Assembly: GCF_006345805.1 (NCBI RefSeq)
Contig: NW_021833690.1
Coordinates: forward strand, 1 to 55,904
Source of the DNA: Octopus sinensis
Taxonomy: Eukaryota
Direction of reading: 5' to 3'
Length of the DNA stretch: 55,904 nucleotides
Shown: positions 12,649 to 25,173 of the stretch, one piece after another
Layout: each line of letters starts with the position of its first letter
Numbering within the stretch: the stretch's first letter is position 1
Program-made: the position numbers and the translations under genes
The notes under the pieces: model-generated
The model's database searches: none
What the model was told of the DNA's origin: nothing
Seen by the model: only the letters and a program-made list of their open reading frames with translations

Positions 12649-13464
12649 TTAATTCAAGTAATGAGAGAGAGTCCACATGTGGTCACTCTAACGCTAGATA
12701 TAGATGCACGAAGAGAATCCACCACTAAAGAAATGTTCTCAAGAATTAATTCAACGCGCCAAGAATGTAAGCGAGCAGGACAAATGAAAAATAACGAAAA
12801 TATAGATTAACTCTATACAATTGTTTCACCGTTAATAAATTGTGTAATTTTACTTACATAATCATGTTGAAAAAACCGAATGTAAATACTACCCCAGCAA
12901 TTTACTGCCGGCTTGAGAACATATTAATTTATAATTAAAATCACAATAAGGGTGAAAAAAAATTTAGTATTAATTAATAACATCAATTTAAAACACCAAG
13001 TGGCCTAGCGTATAAAGACTGGGATACAACGCGCGAGAATGAGGATATTTGAACGTAACTGCAGATATAATCGGCTGTGCCATTCGCCTTTATTCGGCTT
13101 CGTGTGGATGTTGGCGTTCGACTCAGCAAATTATATTTTTCGATATACTCTACTGAAGATCCGAAAATGATTATGTAAGTAAAATTACACAATTTACTAA
13201 CGGTGAAACAATTGTATAGAGTTAATCTATGTTTTCATTATTTTTCATTTGTCCTGCTCGCTTACATTCTTGGCGCGTTGAATTAATTCTTGAGAACATT
13301 TCTTTAGTGGTGGATTCCCTTCGTGCATCTATATCTAGCGTTAGAGTGACCACATGTGGACTCTCTCATTACTTGAATTAATTAATAATTTTTACTGTAT
13401 CCCAGTCTTTATACGCTAGGCCACTTGGTGTTTTTAATTGATGTTTTATTAATTAATACTAAAT
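12644..13464. mobile_element. Foldback/MITE-like element with two crossed inverted-repeat pairs, between (TA)n tracts
   Basis: 12644-12865 is the reverse complement of 13167-13386; 12962-13028 is the reverse complement of 13396-13464. Confidence 0.7.
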
Positions 13465-13584
13465 ATATATATATATATAGATTAATATTATATATTATAT
13501 ATATATATATATATAGTATGTGTATATTGAGAGAGAGACACAAACACACACACAAACACACACACATACATACGCACACATATA

Positions 13585-13745
13585 ATCGGCAGAATCGTTA
13601 GCAAGCTCAACAAAATGATTACGACATTTTTTACGGTTTTACGTTCTGAGCTCATTTTCCGCCGAAGTCTACTTTGCACTTCATCCATTTGGAGTCAATG
13701 ACATAGATACCAGTGAAGCACTAGGGTCGATGTAATTGACCTCCC
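13585..13745 (+). mobile_element. Diverged SINE family B
   Basis: GGCAGAATCGTTAGCA..ACGTTCTGAG.TCA..TTCCGCCGA.GTC.ACTTTGC..TTCATCC..GGGTCGATGTAAT. Confidence 0.6.
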
Positions 13746-13844
13746 ATAAAATTTCAAACTTGTGTCTATGTAAGAAAGAAAGAATTAACGTAATGCAACT
13801 TATGGCTGTTGCTGACGGGAATATTTTCAATTTAAATAAGAATT

Positions 13845-14045
13845 GAGAGTCAAGACTATTGAAAAAGGTTGCAAGAGGCAACGAAAATTTTATGAAAATA
13901 AAAATAAGAAATAAGTGGAAATTTTACCGGTGAGTGTGTTACATTATAAGGCACAAAAATAAAATGACTCTCCCCAGACACAACAGAATATGCTTCAACA
14001 CACGAATTCAAATAAAGAATCTTGCAAACCAAATCCAAAAACGGG
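13845..14045. repeat. Unclassified dispersed repeat (second copy at 53025-53220)
   Basis: Both copies share AAGAAATAAGTGGAAATTTTACCGGTGAGTGTGTTA and ATGACTCTCCCCAGA.ACAACAGAATATGCTTCAACACACGAATTCA. Confidence 0.8.
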
Positions 14046-14379
14046 ATATAAATAAGAATAATTTTCTTAGTTATTAAGTATTCAACCTTTCGCTCTATGA
14101 ATTTTATGGTGACAATGATATTTTGGTTACGGTATCGCTTTAGATGGCATCTAACTGAAGTATTTGTATGCATGTCTCATGCAATGCCTACTTGTTGTTT
14201 GAAAACTAGAAATCTGCGTTGTAGAAGTGAGATCCTTCACATTTATTACATGTTACTCGAACCACAGAGCAAAGCCATAAACATATGTCCACACCGTAGA
14301 TGGATTAGTTGATCAGAGAACATACATTGTTGCCGTGTCTGGTAAAGAATATTAGTTAACTGTTATACAGTAGCGGTGT

Positions 14380-14428
14380 CTAGAATTGACAAGCGGTGGG
14401 GCTGGACAAACACAAAGGAATGAACACG

Positions 14429-14502
<74 letters not shown>

Positions 14503-14580
14503 AAACTCAGTTCTAACCACGCGGTTTCAGGTTCAGTCCTACTGCGCGGCTCTTGGGCAAGTGTCCTCTATAATCACCCC
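14380..14580. mobile_element. Rearranged SINE family A fragments (minus-strand middle joined to plus-strand head)
   Basis: CAAGCGGTGG..GGACAAACAC-(CA)n followed by GGTTCAGTCCTACTGCG..CTTGGGCAAGTGTC. Confidence 0.5.
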
Positions 14581-14637
14581 GTGACAGCTTTAAATATATG
14601 AGTGTATTTTGTTGACGGAAACTGCATGGAAGTACAC

Positions 14638-15045
14638 GGCGGCGAGCTAGCAGAAACGTTAGCACGCCGGGCGAAATGCTTAGCGGTATCCCATCTGCCA
14701 CTTCGGTCTGAGTTCAAATTCCGCCGAGGTCTACATTGCCTTTCATCCTTTCGGGGTCGATAAGTTATGTAATCGACTTAATCCCTTTGTCTGTCCTTGT
14801 TTGTCCCCTCTATGTTTAGCCCCTTGTGAGCAATAAAGAAATAATAAACGTTACGTTCTGAGTTCAAATTCCACCGAGGTCGACTTTGCCTTTCATCCTT
14901 TCTAGGTCGATTAAATAAGTCACGCACTGGGGTCGATATAATCGACTTAATTCGTTTGTCTGTCCTGGTTTGTCCTCTCTGTGTTTAACCCCTTGTAGGT
15001 AGTAAAGAAATAGGTATTTCGTCTGCCGCTACGTTTTGAGTTGGT
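14638..15045 (+). mobile_element. tRNA-derived SINE family B, head-to-tail multimer
   Basis: Head GGCGGCGAGCT.GCAGAAACGTTAGCACGCCGGGCGAAATG, B-box GAGTTCAAATTCC, body GCCTTTCATCCTTTCGGGGTCGAT; the body repeats from about 14850. Confidence 0.85.
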
Positions 15046-15165
15046 GATGCTTCCAGGTTAGAGTCCACACTGCAGCACTTTGGGATAAGTATTTTCTACT
15101 AATATCTTATAAGTGGAATTGAATATTCGGAAACTGAATAGCTGGAAACTGTGCGGATGTCGGTC

Positions 15166-15207
<42 letters not shown>

Positions 15208-15253
15208 ATATATATATCTATATATATATATAATAGTATATATTATATATATG

Positions 15254-15287
<34 letters not shown>

Positions 15288-15471
15288 GGATAAGAGGAAA
15301 AATCTATCAGAAAAGAACTCTATCTCTCTTTAAAAAATTATCTTTTGATAAGTATACACAAATGCGCAACCGGTAAAAGAACTTTCACCTAATTAAATTA
15401 CTTAAATTACTTAAATATTTTGTCAGCATTTTCTTCATTTCCTTTTTTAATATATATATGTATATACATAA

Positions 15472-15517
<46 letters not shown>

Positions 15518-15550
15518 GATCGGCATACATATATATATATATATATTATA

Positions 15551-15697
15551 GGCGCAGGAGTGGCTGTGTGGTAAGTAGCTTGCTTACCAACCACATGGTT
15601 CCGGTTTCAGTCCCACTGAAGTTTCTTCTACTATAGCCTCGGGCCGACCAAAGCCTTGTGAGTGGATTTGGTAGACGGAACTGAAAGAAGCCCGTCG

Positions 15698-15699
<2 letters not shown>
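15551..15699 (+). mobile_element. SINE family A, 5' half ending at the internal (TA)n
   Basis: GGCGCAGGAGTGGCTGTGTGGTAAG...GAAAGAAGCCCGTCGTATA. Confidence 0.85.
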
Positions 15700-15733
<34 letters not shown>

Positions 15734-15959
15734 ATATATATATTGGAAGGTTTGGAGATGATGTACAGGTATTATAATTAGAAGAAATGAGAGTACTCAG
15801 AAGATCGGATGGTTTATATTTACAGATATTTATTTGTATATTATATTTTATATATATATATCATATCACTTAGATCATTATCGCTTTCTCCCATTCTAGT
15901 GGGGTTTTCAAATCAAACTAAGTTCCTGTGTGAGGAGTTTTGACTATTTTATAGAGTTT

Positions 15960-16508
15960 TTCCAACCCACTGCGCTGGGTTGGTATTTTCTATTGACTCG
16001 GAAAGGGTGGAAGGCAAAGTTAACCACGGCGCGATTTGAACACAGAACCCAAAGTTCCGGAACCAGTAGAGCAAAGCATTCTGTCTGGTGCTCTAATAAT
16101 TTAGCATTAGACTAAAACTTTCGCCATGACACCAGAGACGATGAAAGGCAAAAATTGATTATATTTCTTTGTTATCCACAAAGGGTTAAACATAGAGGGG
16201 ACAAACAAGGACAGTCAAAAAGGGATTAAGTCGATTACATCGACCCCAGTGCGTATCTGGTACTTAATTTATCGATCCCGAAACAATGAAAGGCAAAGTC
16301 GACCTCGGCGGAATTTGAACTCAGAACGAGACACACGGATTAAGTCGATTACATCGACCCCAGTGCGTGACGGGTACTTTATTTATCGATCCCGAAAGGG
16401 TGAAAGGCAAAGTCGACCTCGGCAGAATTTGAACTCAGAACGTAGCGGCAGACAAAATACCGCTAAGAATTTCGCCCGGCGTGCTAATGTTTCTGCCAGC
16501 TCGCCGCC
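15960..16508 (-). mobile_element. SINE family B cluster (diverged fragment plus dimer)
   Basis: GAAAGGCAAAGTCGACCTCGGC.GAATTTGAACTCAGAACG occurs twice; the head ends in CAGCTCGCCGCC at 16508. Confidence 0.8.
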
Positions 16509-18159
16509 TTTGTTGATCTTGGCATGATTTGAGCTCAGAACATGAAGTGCCTGAATAAATACTACAAGGAATTTTATCTGATACCCTGAAGCTTTTGCCA
16601 ATTCGGCAGCACATTGCATTTTGCTATACAATTTTTATATTTCTGTGGCCTTTTCTTTACACCTTTCACTTTTCGCTTCTCACCGAAAGACCATATTCTC
16701 TATCCTATCCTATATCTTCTATTGCTTGTTTCTTCATTTCTATCATCCTTTCTTTCGTTCTTTCTTACTTTCACTTTCTATAATTCTTTCCATTTCTTTC
16801 GCTTTCACGTTATTTTGTCATATTCTACTATACTTTTACACATAACAATACTGGAAAACAAGGAAACACCATGTAGCATATAAAAGCCACATTTTTGACA
16901 CCATGGCATTCTCCCTCGCCCGGGACACTCCATTCTAAACAATATCGTATGAAAACGATCATTAAATATTTTTATTATTATTTTTTCCCATTTTTAATTA
17001 TTTTATTTATCTCTTTCTCCATTCTTATTGGGCGCGTCTTGTGACTGAGGTTACCTTAGTTAGCATGAAGCGGCGCCCTAACACAGCAAACCGGTTTTAT
17101 GTCCCGTTGGACGTGTCAACGTATTTTATACAAGAAATTTACGACCTACCAAAGTCGCCTGACATTTATCAACTACACACTCGGGTGTAAGCATTTGGAC
17201 ATATTTTGAAATTACTCGATGTACAATATGGAATCACTACTGAACCAATGGCGATGTGTCAGTGCATTTGATTGTGTGTCGAAGTGTGCGTGAATGGGGA
17301 AGGATGGGTTAGGTGTGGGAGAGAGCGACAGAGAGATAGATAGATAGAGAGAGAGAGAGAAAGAGAGAGAGAGAGGGAGGGGGAAAGGCGGTGTTTGTAT
17401 GTTTGTGCATGTTTGTGTGTGAGTGTGTGTGTGTGTTGCATGCATGTGTGCTTATTGCGTGTATCTATATACACATGGTAGATATTTAGGCATATGTATA
17501 TGCATGTGTAAGTAGGCATACACACACACACACAAACACATGTATATATATTATATAGATTGATAGATGTCTATATATAAACATATATATGTATATGTGT
17601 GTGTATGTATGTATGTATGTATGTATGTACGTACGTATGTATGTATGTATGTTTGTATGTACGTACGTATTTATGTATGTATGTATGTGTGTGTGTATGT
17701 GTGTATGTATGTATGTGTATGTATGTGTGTGTATGTATGTATGTATGTATGTATGTATGTATGTATGTATGTATGTATAGAGATACGCATGCACACACAG
17801 CAGATATCTGAAAATACGTGTGTGTATGTTTAGTGTCTGTAGGTCACTAGGTTTCATAAGGTCTGCACCTCTTCTCTCACTCTCTCGCGTTCTCTCTCTC
17901 CCTCTCTTACACCCACACTCTCTCCTTCTGTCACACACAGAAATAAACATACACGAGTAAGCCCGTTTGCATCAGATTATACATAAATAGGAGTGCACGC
18001 GCATGTGTGTGTGTATGTGTGTGCGTGTATAGTCGCACATATGCATATCCGTATGCATATACCTATATATATATACGAGTTAGATATCTATGCAACGCAC
18101 AGTATATATAAATATACGTATGTGTGTGTATGGGTGTGCGCGTAATTGAATAAATATAT

Positions 18160-18203
<44 letters not shown>

Positions 18204-18245
18204 ATATATATATATCTACATATATATACATACATACATACATAC

Positions 18246-18317
<72 letters not shown>

Positions 18318-18501
18318 ACATATATATACATACATAGATATATATACTATATACATTATGTATGTATATATATTATATATATATATATTGTATGCATCCA
18401 CACACATACACAAAATCACGATAAATAGATTTCTGTAAAAGAGAAGGCAAAAGCGCTCGTGTTTTATGGTACTTGTGGGGTTTTTTCCTTTCACACGCAC
18501 G

Positions 18502-18552
<51 letters not shown>

Positions 18553-18991
18553 TCACACATTTTCTTTTTTATATTTCTGTCTTGTCCATGGTTCTAGCCT
18601 ATGCCTGTCCACTTCGAAATGTATGCACTACACGTGAATACTTAGGTATCAATGTGTTTATGCTGCTGTTTTTATGAGATTAAAGGTGATATCTATAAAT
18701 ACGTATCACTGTGTTTATATCGGAATGTATCTAGCGCTTGTTTTTCTTTTTATTGCCGTTCTAATTTTGCATTAAAGCTGCTTGACAGATAGAGTCACAG
18801 ATGACAGCATAGATGATACAAAAGGTCGATAACTGCTCATGGAATTCGAAGCCACATCTCTACATCTCAAATTGTCATGCTTTTATTATATACCTTTATG
18901 TGTGCTTCGAGATCCATTTCGAAAAAGAATTATTTCGTGCTCGCTCGAAAGTTTATAATTTCATATCATGTCAATATACATACATACATAC

Positions 18992-19056
<65 letters not shown>

Positions 19057-19079
19057 CCACACACACACATATATATAGT

Positions 19080-19260
19080 CAATCCAAACATGAACAAGCA
19101 AGAAAGAGCAACAACGCGAGGACGTGGAATAAGTACAGTGTTATTGGACGCTCAGGAAAGGAAAGAAAAGAAAAGGGATTTGTCGTTTCGAGCGGAGCTC
19201 TTTATCACAAATATAGTCCAAAGAAGGGAAGACGGAGAAAGGAAATCGCCAACGATACAC
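19080..19260 (-). mobile_element. Penelope-like pseudo-LTR fragment, inverted, with a degenerate hammerhead motif
   Basis: Reverse complement ATTT-GTGATAA-A-GAGC-TCC-GCTC-GAAAC-GAC-AAAT followed by TTTCCTGAGCGTCCA, paralleling 20490-20555. Confidence 0.6.
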
Positions 19261-19284
19261 ACGCGGTCACTTATCGATATATAT

Positions 19285-19689
19285 CCCGCCCACGTTGCCG
19301 CACTTGCCCTTACCTCTCCAACACCACCGCCTCACTAGCACCCCACCATCGACCCTATCCCATCATCCACTCCTTCACACCTGCACCTCCAAGCAATATT
19401 ATCTATTGCATCTCTCTTGCTCTCTCTGCAATCCTTGTACATCGGACAAACGGGACGCCGCTTGGCTGACCGGTTCGCGGAACACCTTCGTGACATCCAC
19501 CTTGCGAACGACACAACCGTCTCACGCCATTTCCGCTCCACCGGTCACTCCTTGCAACACCTATCTGTGTTCGGTTTGTCCTTACACAGAGGCCATCCGG
19601 ATTCCCCTTTGCGCCGTGAACAGGAATTAATCTTCTCTCTTCGCTCTTATACGCCATTTGGTCTCAACTCTCCCCCCCTCCTCATCTAA
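19285..19689 (+). pseudogene. GIY-YIG endonuclease of Penelope-like element
   Basis: IYC...C..LYIGQT.R.L..RF.EH motif with an upstream CxxC, split across frames. Confidence 0.85.
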
Positions 19690-20039
19690 CCCCCCTCTCC
19701 CCCCCCTCAACCTATCCTTTCTCCCCCCGACCCCCACTTCTTCAGTCCTCATCCTTTGACCCCTACTCCCCTTCCCTCTTCCCTCTTTCTCCCGGTCCCT
19801 CTTCCTCTTCCCTCTGCTCCCTCACTCCCTCTCTCCCCTCTCTCATCCCCCTCTCCCTCTTTCCTCCTTCATCCCTCTCCTCCCCTTCCTCTCCCCATCC
19901 TCTCCCCTTCACCCTCCCCTCCCCCTCTTCTTCCCCTCCCCTTCTCCCCTCCCCCTCTTCTCCTCACTACACCACATGACTTTACACATCACATCACATA
20001 TGATGTGCCATACTAATACACACACCAACTAATACATAC

Positions 20040-20330
20040 TAATACGTACTAATACATACTAATACTTACACCAACCCTATACATACACACGTCCAGACCC
20101 CGCATACGCACTTAACTCTCTCACACACACACACACACACACCTATACATCCAATACGTACTAATACATACTTAATACTATATACATACACCAACCCCAT
20201 ACATACGCACGTCCAGACCATCCCACGCACTGATACTCTCTCATACACACACACACACACCACAACACCCTTATACATACGAATACATACACCAACCCTA
20301 TACATACACATCCAGACCCCTCCCACGCAC
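20040..20330 (+). repeat. About three imperfect tandem copies (100-120 bp period) in the Penelope 3' region
   Basis: ACACCAACCC.ATACATAC.CAC.TCCAGACC..CGCACT recurs near 20069, 20187 and 20289. Confidence 0.7.
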
Positions 20331-20489
20331 TTTTAGCTGGTCCCTCAACCCTATTATCTCCCCTTATTTCGCTCTCGCGTCTCATGTTTGATCTTGACCT
20401 CTGGCCGAAATCAGATCGCCATGTTGATTCGTTAGCTACTGCACGCATTTTTTTCTCTCCTTCTTTCTGTGTTTTTTTCTCTCTGTGTA

Positions 20490-20527
20490 TCTTTCTGTTG
20501 AAGAGCGTAGGCTCGAAACGTAAAGAC
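20490..20527 (+). ncRNA. Minimal type I hammerhead ribozyme motif (core variant CTGTTGA)
   Basis: CTGTTGA-A-GAGC-GTAG-GCTC-GAAAC-GTA with perfect stem II and palindromic ACGT stem III; one core substitution. Confidence 0.65.
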
Positions 20528-20856
20528 TTGTTTTATTTATTTTCCTGAGCGCCATACTAATACAATTGTTCGTTTGTTTCCACCTGCCTTCGTCTTTGTT
20601 ATTTTCATAAAGCTTCCCCGTTATATATATATATATATATATAATATATTATTACGTTTATATATTTGTTTTGTAAGATTTTCGATGTGAAATCGTGTGT
20701 TGAAACAGATATTGTTGTATTTAGGAATGGTCATATTGCCAGTTTAGTTGGATAAACAATTTTTAGGCAGCTCTACCAAGCATATCGCAATTCCGTCAAG
20801 GGATCTTGACATAGAACTTCTTTTATTCTTTTATGTGAATATATTTGTACAAAGTA

Positions 20857-21202
20857 AAGACCTCGCTTCGGTCATGAATGACCATACCATGAGATTGCAC
20901 CTAAAATGTTACCCACCGTGGTACAAGTCTGGGAAAAGTTGTTTATGGAAGGTCAGCAGTCGTCCATGCATACCAGCCTCCCCACTCCACGCACGCCACT
21001 GATGTTATCCAAGAGAAAGGCAAAGGTCGCTACAGCTTGGCACCGGCGACGTCGCAATTCCTTTCTACATCTGAGTGAACAGGAGCAATGGGGAATAAAT
21101 TATCATGCTCTAGAATACAACACGCAGCCCGGTCAGAGAGTCGAACTCACTACCTCATGATTGTGAGCTCGACGCTCTAACCACTAAACCATGCGCCTTC
21201 AC
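20857..21202 (-). mobile_element. tRNA-derived SINE family D, full length
   Basis: Reverse-complement head GTGAAGGCGCATGGTTTAGTGGTTAGAGCGTCG..GTGAGTTCGACTC; the body matches 29896-30131. Confidence 0.8.
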
Positions 21203-21949
21203 ACATTTGTGTTTGTGTGTGTTAATCCTTATGAATATATATATATATATATGTATATGTGTATGAAGCCTAACTGGGTTTATCTGCATCACTATTCCCA
21301 TATCAGTCCACCTGGATTTCTCTTACAGCCACTCTTGACAGTGTAAACTTGTTGAAGTTCACTTCATTTGAGCACTACTACGTGTTTTCTATTCTGAGCG
21401 TAAATAGCTCTCACTTATTGTTTGTGTATGTATTTATGTATAGGAGCAAAACGCCCCCCGTCCAATGGACGGTGCTGAGTTGTCAAACATTTAAACCAAA
21501 TTTTCTCAAAACAACTTGTCCGACCGTCCCATAGGCCTCCCTTTGAGAATCACTGATTTAACCTAAATTTGAGACACCAGCAAAAGAAGAAATAAAGATA
21601 GACTATTTTCTATTCCAAAGAAAAACAATTTTATTCACACAAATATGCAACCGAAGAGTTTAAAGTACCAGTAATGATAAAGCTGCTGACTGGGCGAACA
21701 CAAACATGGTTTAAATAGTAAGCTTGGCAGGAAAGAAACGTGCCTTTAAGCAGTACAAAAAATGGAAGGTGCAGTTATGTACAGGTTCACGGAAGAAAAG
21801 CAGGACAAAAACGATGCATGCATGGAGGTAAATCTAGATGGAAAAGCATGAGGAATTTATGAGAACGTACCTGGGACAATAATAAGTTTATCCGATAAAA
21901 CATGTAGGAAATCAACTTAGGGCGATTTTTGATGAAAAGCAACAACCTA

Positions 21950-22225
21950 GGGAACTAAGTAACTAATTTTAAGCTAACTTGCATGGAAAAGCTAGTGGCA
22001 ACAGCTAATGTACTTGCGCGTACAAATGCACGTTCGCATGGCTTTATCGATCGCATGGCTTTATCGATCGCATTCTCACCTGGAATATTTTGTAATTTTT
22101 TCAAGACTTACACATGCCCAGATACCGTCCATATCTACATATCAAATTTGAGCGCAATCGGATGGAGGATGCCCGAGATCCTAGAGAACACACAGACAGA
22201 CAGAACGGATTTTATATAATAGATA
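21950..22225 (+). mobile_element. Possible non-autonomous Helentron/DINE-like element end
   Basis: AAATTTGAGCGCAATCGG...ACACACAGACAGACAG..TTTTATATAATAGAT resembles DINE-1/Lep1-type ends (from memory); 17-bp tandem duplication TCGCATGGCTTTATCGA at about 22035-22068. Confidence 0.4.
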
Positions 22226-22257
22226 TGTATTCGTGACATTGTGTGAGTGTGTGCATA

Positions 22258-22700
22258 TACAAGGTGCGGTGAATAAACTGTCGTCTAAATTACGTAAAAA
22301 TGAAAATAACACTGTCACTTCATTTTAACAGATATATTTACCAAAATTACATAAAAATATCTTGAAATACTAAAAAGTAAATTTATTTAATAAAATTGCC
22401 ATTGGTTTCAACCACGACCCCCAGATGACTTTGGAATCTCCTGTAACTCTTCTGAAGAGTATTTTTGTTTAAGTTGGTGAATGCTGTCATAATTCTTGCC
22501 TTCAGTTCATCTTTGGTGTTACAAGGAGTTTTGAGAAAAACCAAAGCATGTTCAGTTAGAGGGGGTGCTTCAGTTTGTTCAAAAGCTTTGTAGCGCGGTC
22601 GTTCCTCTTGTCTTTGATGGCTTGGGATAACTATTGGTCCTTTCTTATTTTATGAGGAATATCAAATGTCTTCATACACTGCCTGCCTGACAAGAAACTC
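22258..22700 (-). mobile_element. Tc1/mariner relic (maT-like), transposase C-terminus and TIR
   Basis: Minus-strand PCNTKDELKARIMTAFTNL...RFQSHLGVVVETNGNFI; end TA-CAAGGTGCGGTGAATAAA. Confidence 0.55.
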
Positions 22701-22702
22701 AG

Positions 22703-22852
22703 ACACCGATGTCCCTGGCAGTTCGGCAAAAAAGACCGATAAAATAGGTAGTAGGCTTACAAAGAAAAAGACCTAGGGTCGATTTGTTCGATAAAAGGCG
22801 GTGCTCCAACATAGCCGCAGTTAAATGATTGAAACAAATAAAAGAATAAAAA
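22703..22852 (+). mobile_element. SINE family A, 3' fragment
   Basis: GTTCGGCAAAA.AGACCGATA...GGGTCGATTTGTTCGA.AAAGGCGGTGCTCCA.CAT.GCCGCAGT. Confidence 0.75.
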
Positions 22853-23159
22853 AAAAGAAAAAAGAATTTACGTTTACTTTTGAACGACAGAGTGTGCATA
22901 TATGGATGTGTGTATGTTTGTGCCTTGATCAATTATGGGAGGAAGTGTGAGAATAAGGGCGTAAGGGCGGTAGTAAGTTTTGGTGATGGTGGGGCTACTA
23001 GGTGATAGTACAGTTACAATATGATAGATCTTTCAAACTCACTGTTTATTTAGTCTTCTCACCTCGGTCTGGCATTGCCAACTCCAACCAATACGTACAC
23101 CTCCCCCCACCACCACCATCGCCGCCATTACATTTGGAACTTGACAAAAGTATCGTAAA

Positions 23160-23303
23160 ATAATAATAATAATAATAATAATAACAATGATAATAATTGA
23201 TGATAATGATGATGATGATGGCCACAACAATAAAACAACTGCAACAAAAACAGCTACAACAATAATGATGATGATGATGATGATAATCATAATAATGATG
23301 ATG

Positions 23304-23383
<80 letters not shown>

Positions 23384-23395
23384 AATAATAATAAA
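23160..23395. repeat. Compound (TAA)n/(TGA)n microsatellite
   Basis: Direct reading. Confidence 0.9.
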
Positions 23396-24026
23396 TCATA
23401 AGTAAATATCTAAATAAATAAACAATAAATTCCCAAGTCGGACATAAAAAGGAAACAAATAAAGAAAGAAAGAAAAAGAAAGAAATAAAGGAAAAAGGAA
23501 AAGAAGAGAGGAAATGGAAGATATGGGGGCTCGATGTGTTATGTAGCAAAACCTTGTGTAAGTATGTGTTTGCCTGTTGTTTTGTATGTGGTGTGGCACA
23601 GAGTGCGTGTGCCACTCATTCAAATGCTGATCACACCTCATTGTAAAAAAATAAAGATCGATTTCCCTGTGGTCTTAATCTAGTCCTACAGAAGAATACC
23701 ATCTCCATTACCCACCGCAGCCTCACCAATAGAAGCCAGCTCCCCAAAACCATCCCTTACCACCAGAATGACTACCACCGCCTCCAACAACGCCACTGCC
23801 ATTGCTAGAAAACGCATAAATGCTTTAATCATTCCAAATTATATAACACATTGCATAACAGAACTTACAATTAAGAATGAATTGCACAAAATGACAGAGT
23901 GCAGATTAAGTTTTCATACATATTGGGATTCTGGTTCGAATTTCAGTCAGTCTTCAGCATTTATTTATTCATCTATTGTTGCTGTTGTTGTTGTTGCCGT
24001 TGTCGTCGTTATTATTATTATTATTA

Positions 24027-24079
<53 letters not shown>

Positions 24080-24094
24080 TATTATTATTATTAA

Positions 24095-24476
24095 GACGGT
24101 GAGCTATCAGAATCGTTAGCACGCCAGGTGAAGTGCTTAACGGTATTTCGTCTGCCGTGACGTTCTGAGTTCAAATTCCGCCGAGGTCGACTTTGTCTTT
24201 CATCCTTCCGGGGTCGATTAAATAAGTACCAGTTACGCACTGGGGTCGATATAATCGACTTAATCCGTTTGTCTGTCCTTGTTTGTCCTCTCTGTGTTTA
24301 GCCCCTTGTGGGTAGTAAAGAAATAGGTATTTCGTCTGCCGCTACATTCCACTGAGGTCGAATTTGCCTTTCATTCTTTCAGGGTCGATAAAATAAGTAT
24401 CAGTTCAATACTGGGGTCGATGTAATCGATCCTCTCCCACAAAAAAAATTGCTGCCCTTGTGGCAAAATTTGAAAT
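24095..24476 (+). mobile_element. SINE family B dimer between (TTA)n tracts
   Basis: Head GACGGTGAGCTATCAGAATCGTTAGCACGCC, B-box GAGTTCAAATTCC; a second body starts after AAAGAAATAGGTATTTCGTCTGCCG. Confidence 0.85.
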
Positions 24477-24487
24477 CATCATCATCA

Positions 24488-24532
<45 letters not shown>

Positions 24533-24553
24533 TATTATTATTATTATTATTAT

Positions 24554-25077
24554 TGAGTGAGAGAGCAGTGCATGCCATCAGAGTGACATTGGGGTAAAAT
24601 ATACGAAGCCCAGCATACCCATCATGACTACCCGTCTGATAAGGATACACCAGGCACATGCATCACAACCATATGTCCGCGACATGGTGATCTCATATCA
24701 AGATAAACAGCACATGACCTTGCAGGAGGGGCCCAGTTAGAATTTTCTTCAGGTCGAGTAACCCATCCCACTCAAAAGGTCCCTGAATAAGGGTTGTTTA
24801 AGGATGTTGAACGAAACATCCATGTTTCTAGAGGTGAATTATTCAAACCCCAAAGAATCCCTCTCAACACATGGCTATGATGCTCCCCCATTACTTCTGC
24901 TCGTGATCAGAGATGCACATATCGTCAGCCACCAAGGGACATGCTCAACTGGTTAAGGTCAAACAACTGACAAGCAAATCTGTGGTATTGAGTAGAATAT
25001 TTGCTGTAGCCCATCTTTTATACCAAGACAAAACAATGTACATAATAAAACTTCCAATCAGTTAAGATCAGAAGCCA
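24554..25077 (-). mobile_element. Non-coding ~0.5-kb element C in (TAA)n (LINE 3' end or non-autonomous element)
   Basis: Co-linear with 29389-29875; the minus strand ends ...CTCTCTCACTCA(ATA)n; (TAA)n on both sides. Confidence 0.75.
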
Positions 25078-25102
25078 TTTATTATTATTATTATTATTAT
25101 TA

Positions 25103-25170
<68 letters not shown>

Positions 25171-25173
<3 letters not shown>

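Larger units (their letters stand above)
19280..20615 (+). mobile_element. 5'-truncated Penelope-like element (GIY-YIG endonuclease end, pyrimidine tract, pseudo-LTR)
   Basis: Frameshifted RCRTCPY...SNIIYCIS...LYIGQTGRRLADRFAEHLRDI...HF...REQELIFSL...PFGLN, typical of the PLE GIY-YIG domain; hammerhead motif at 20490-20527. Confidence 0.85.

Noticed and set aside
21541-21555. hAT-like TIR (reverse complement CAGTGATTCTCAAA)
   Set aside because: No partner TIR or TSD found.
21600-21870. Possible LINE ORF2 fragment (KKRAFKQYKK)
   Set aside because: No catalytic motif; cannot be supported without a homology search.
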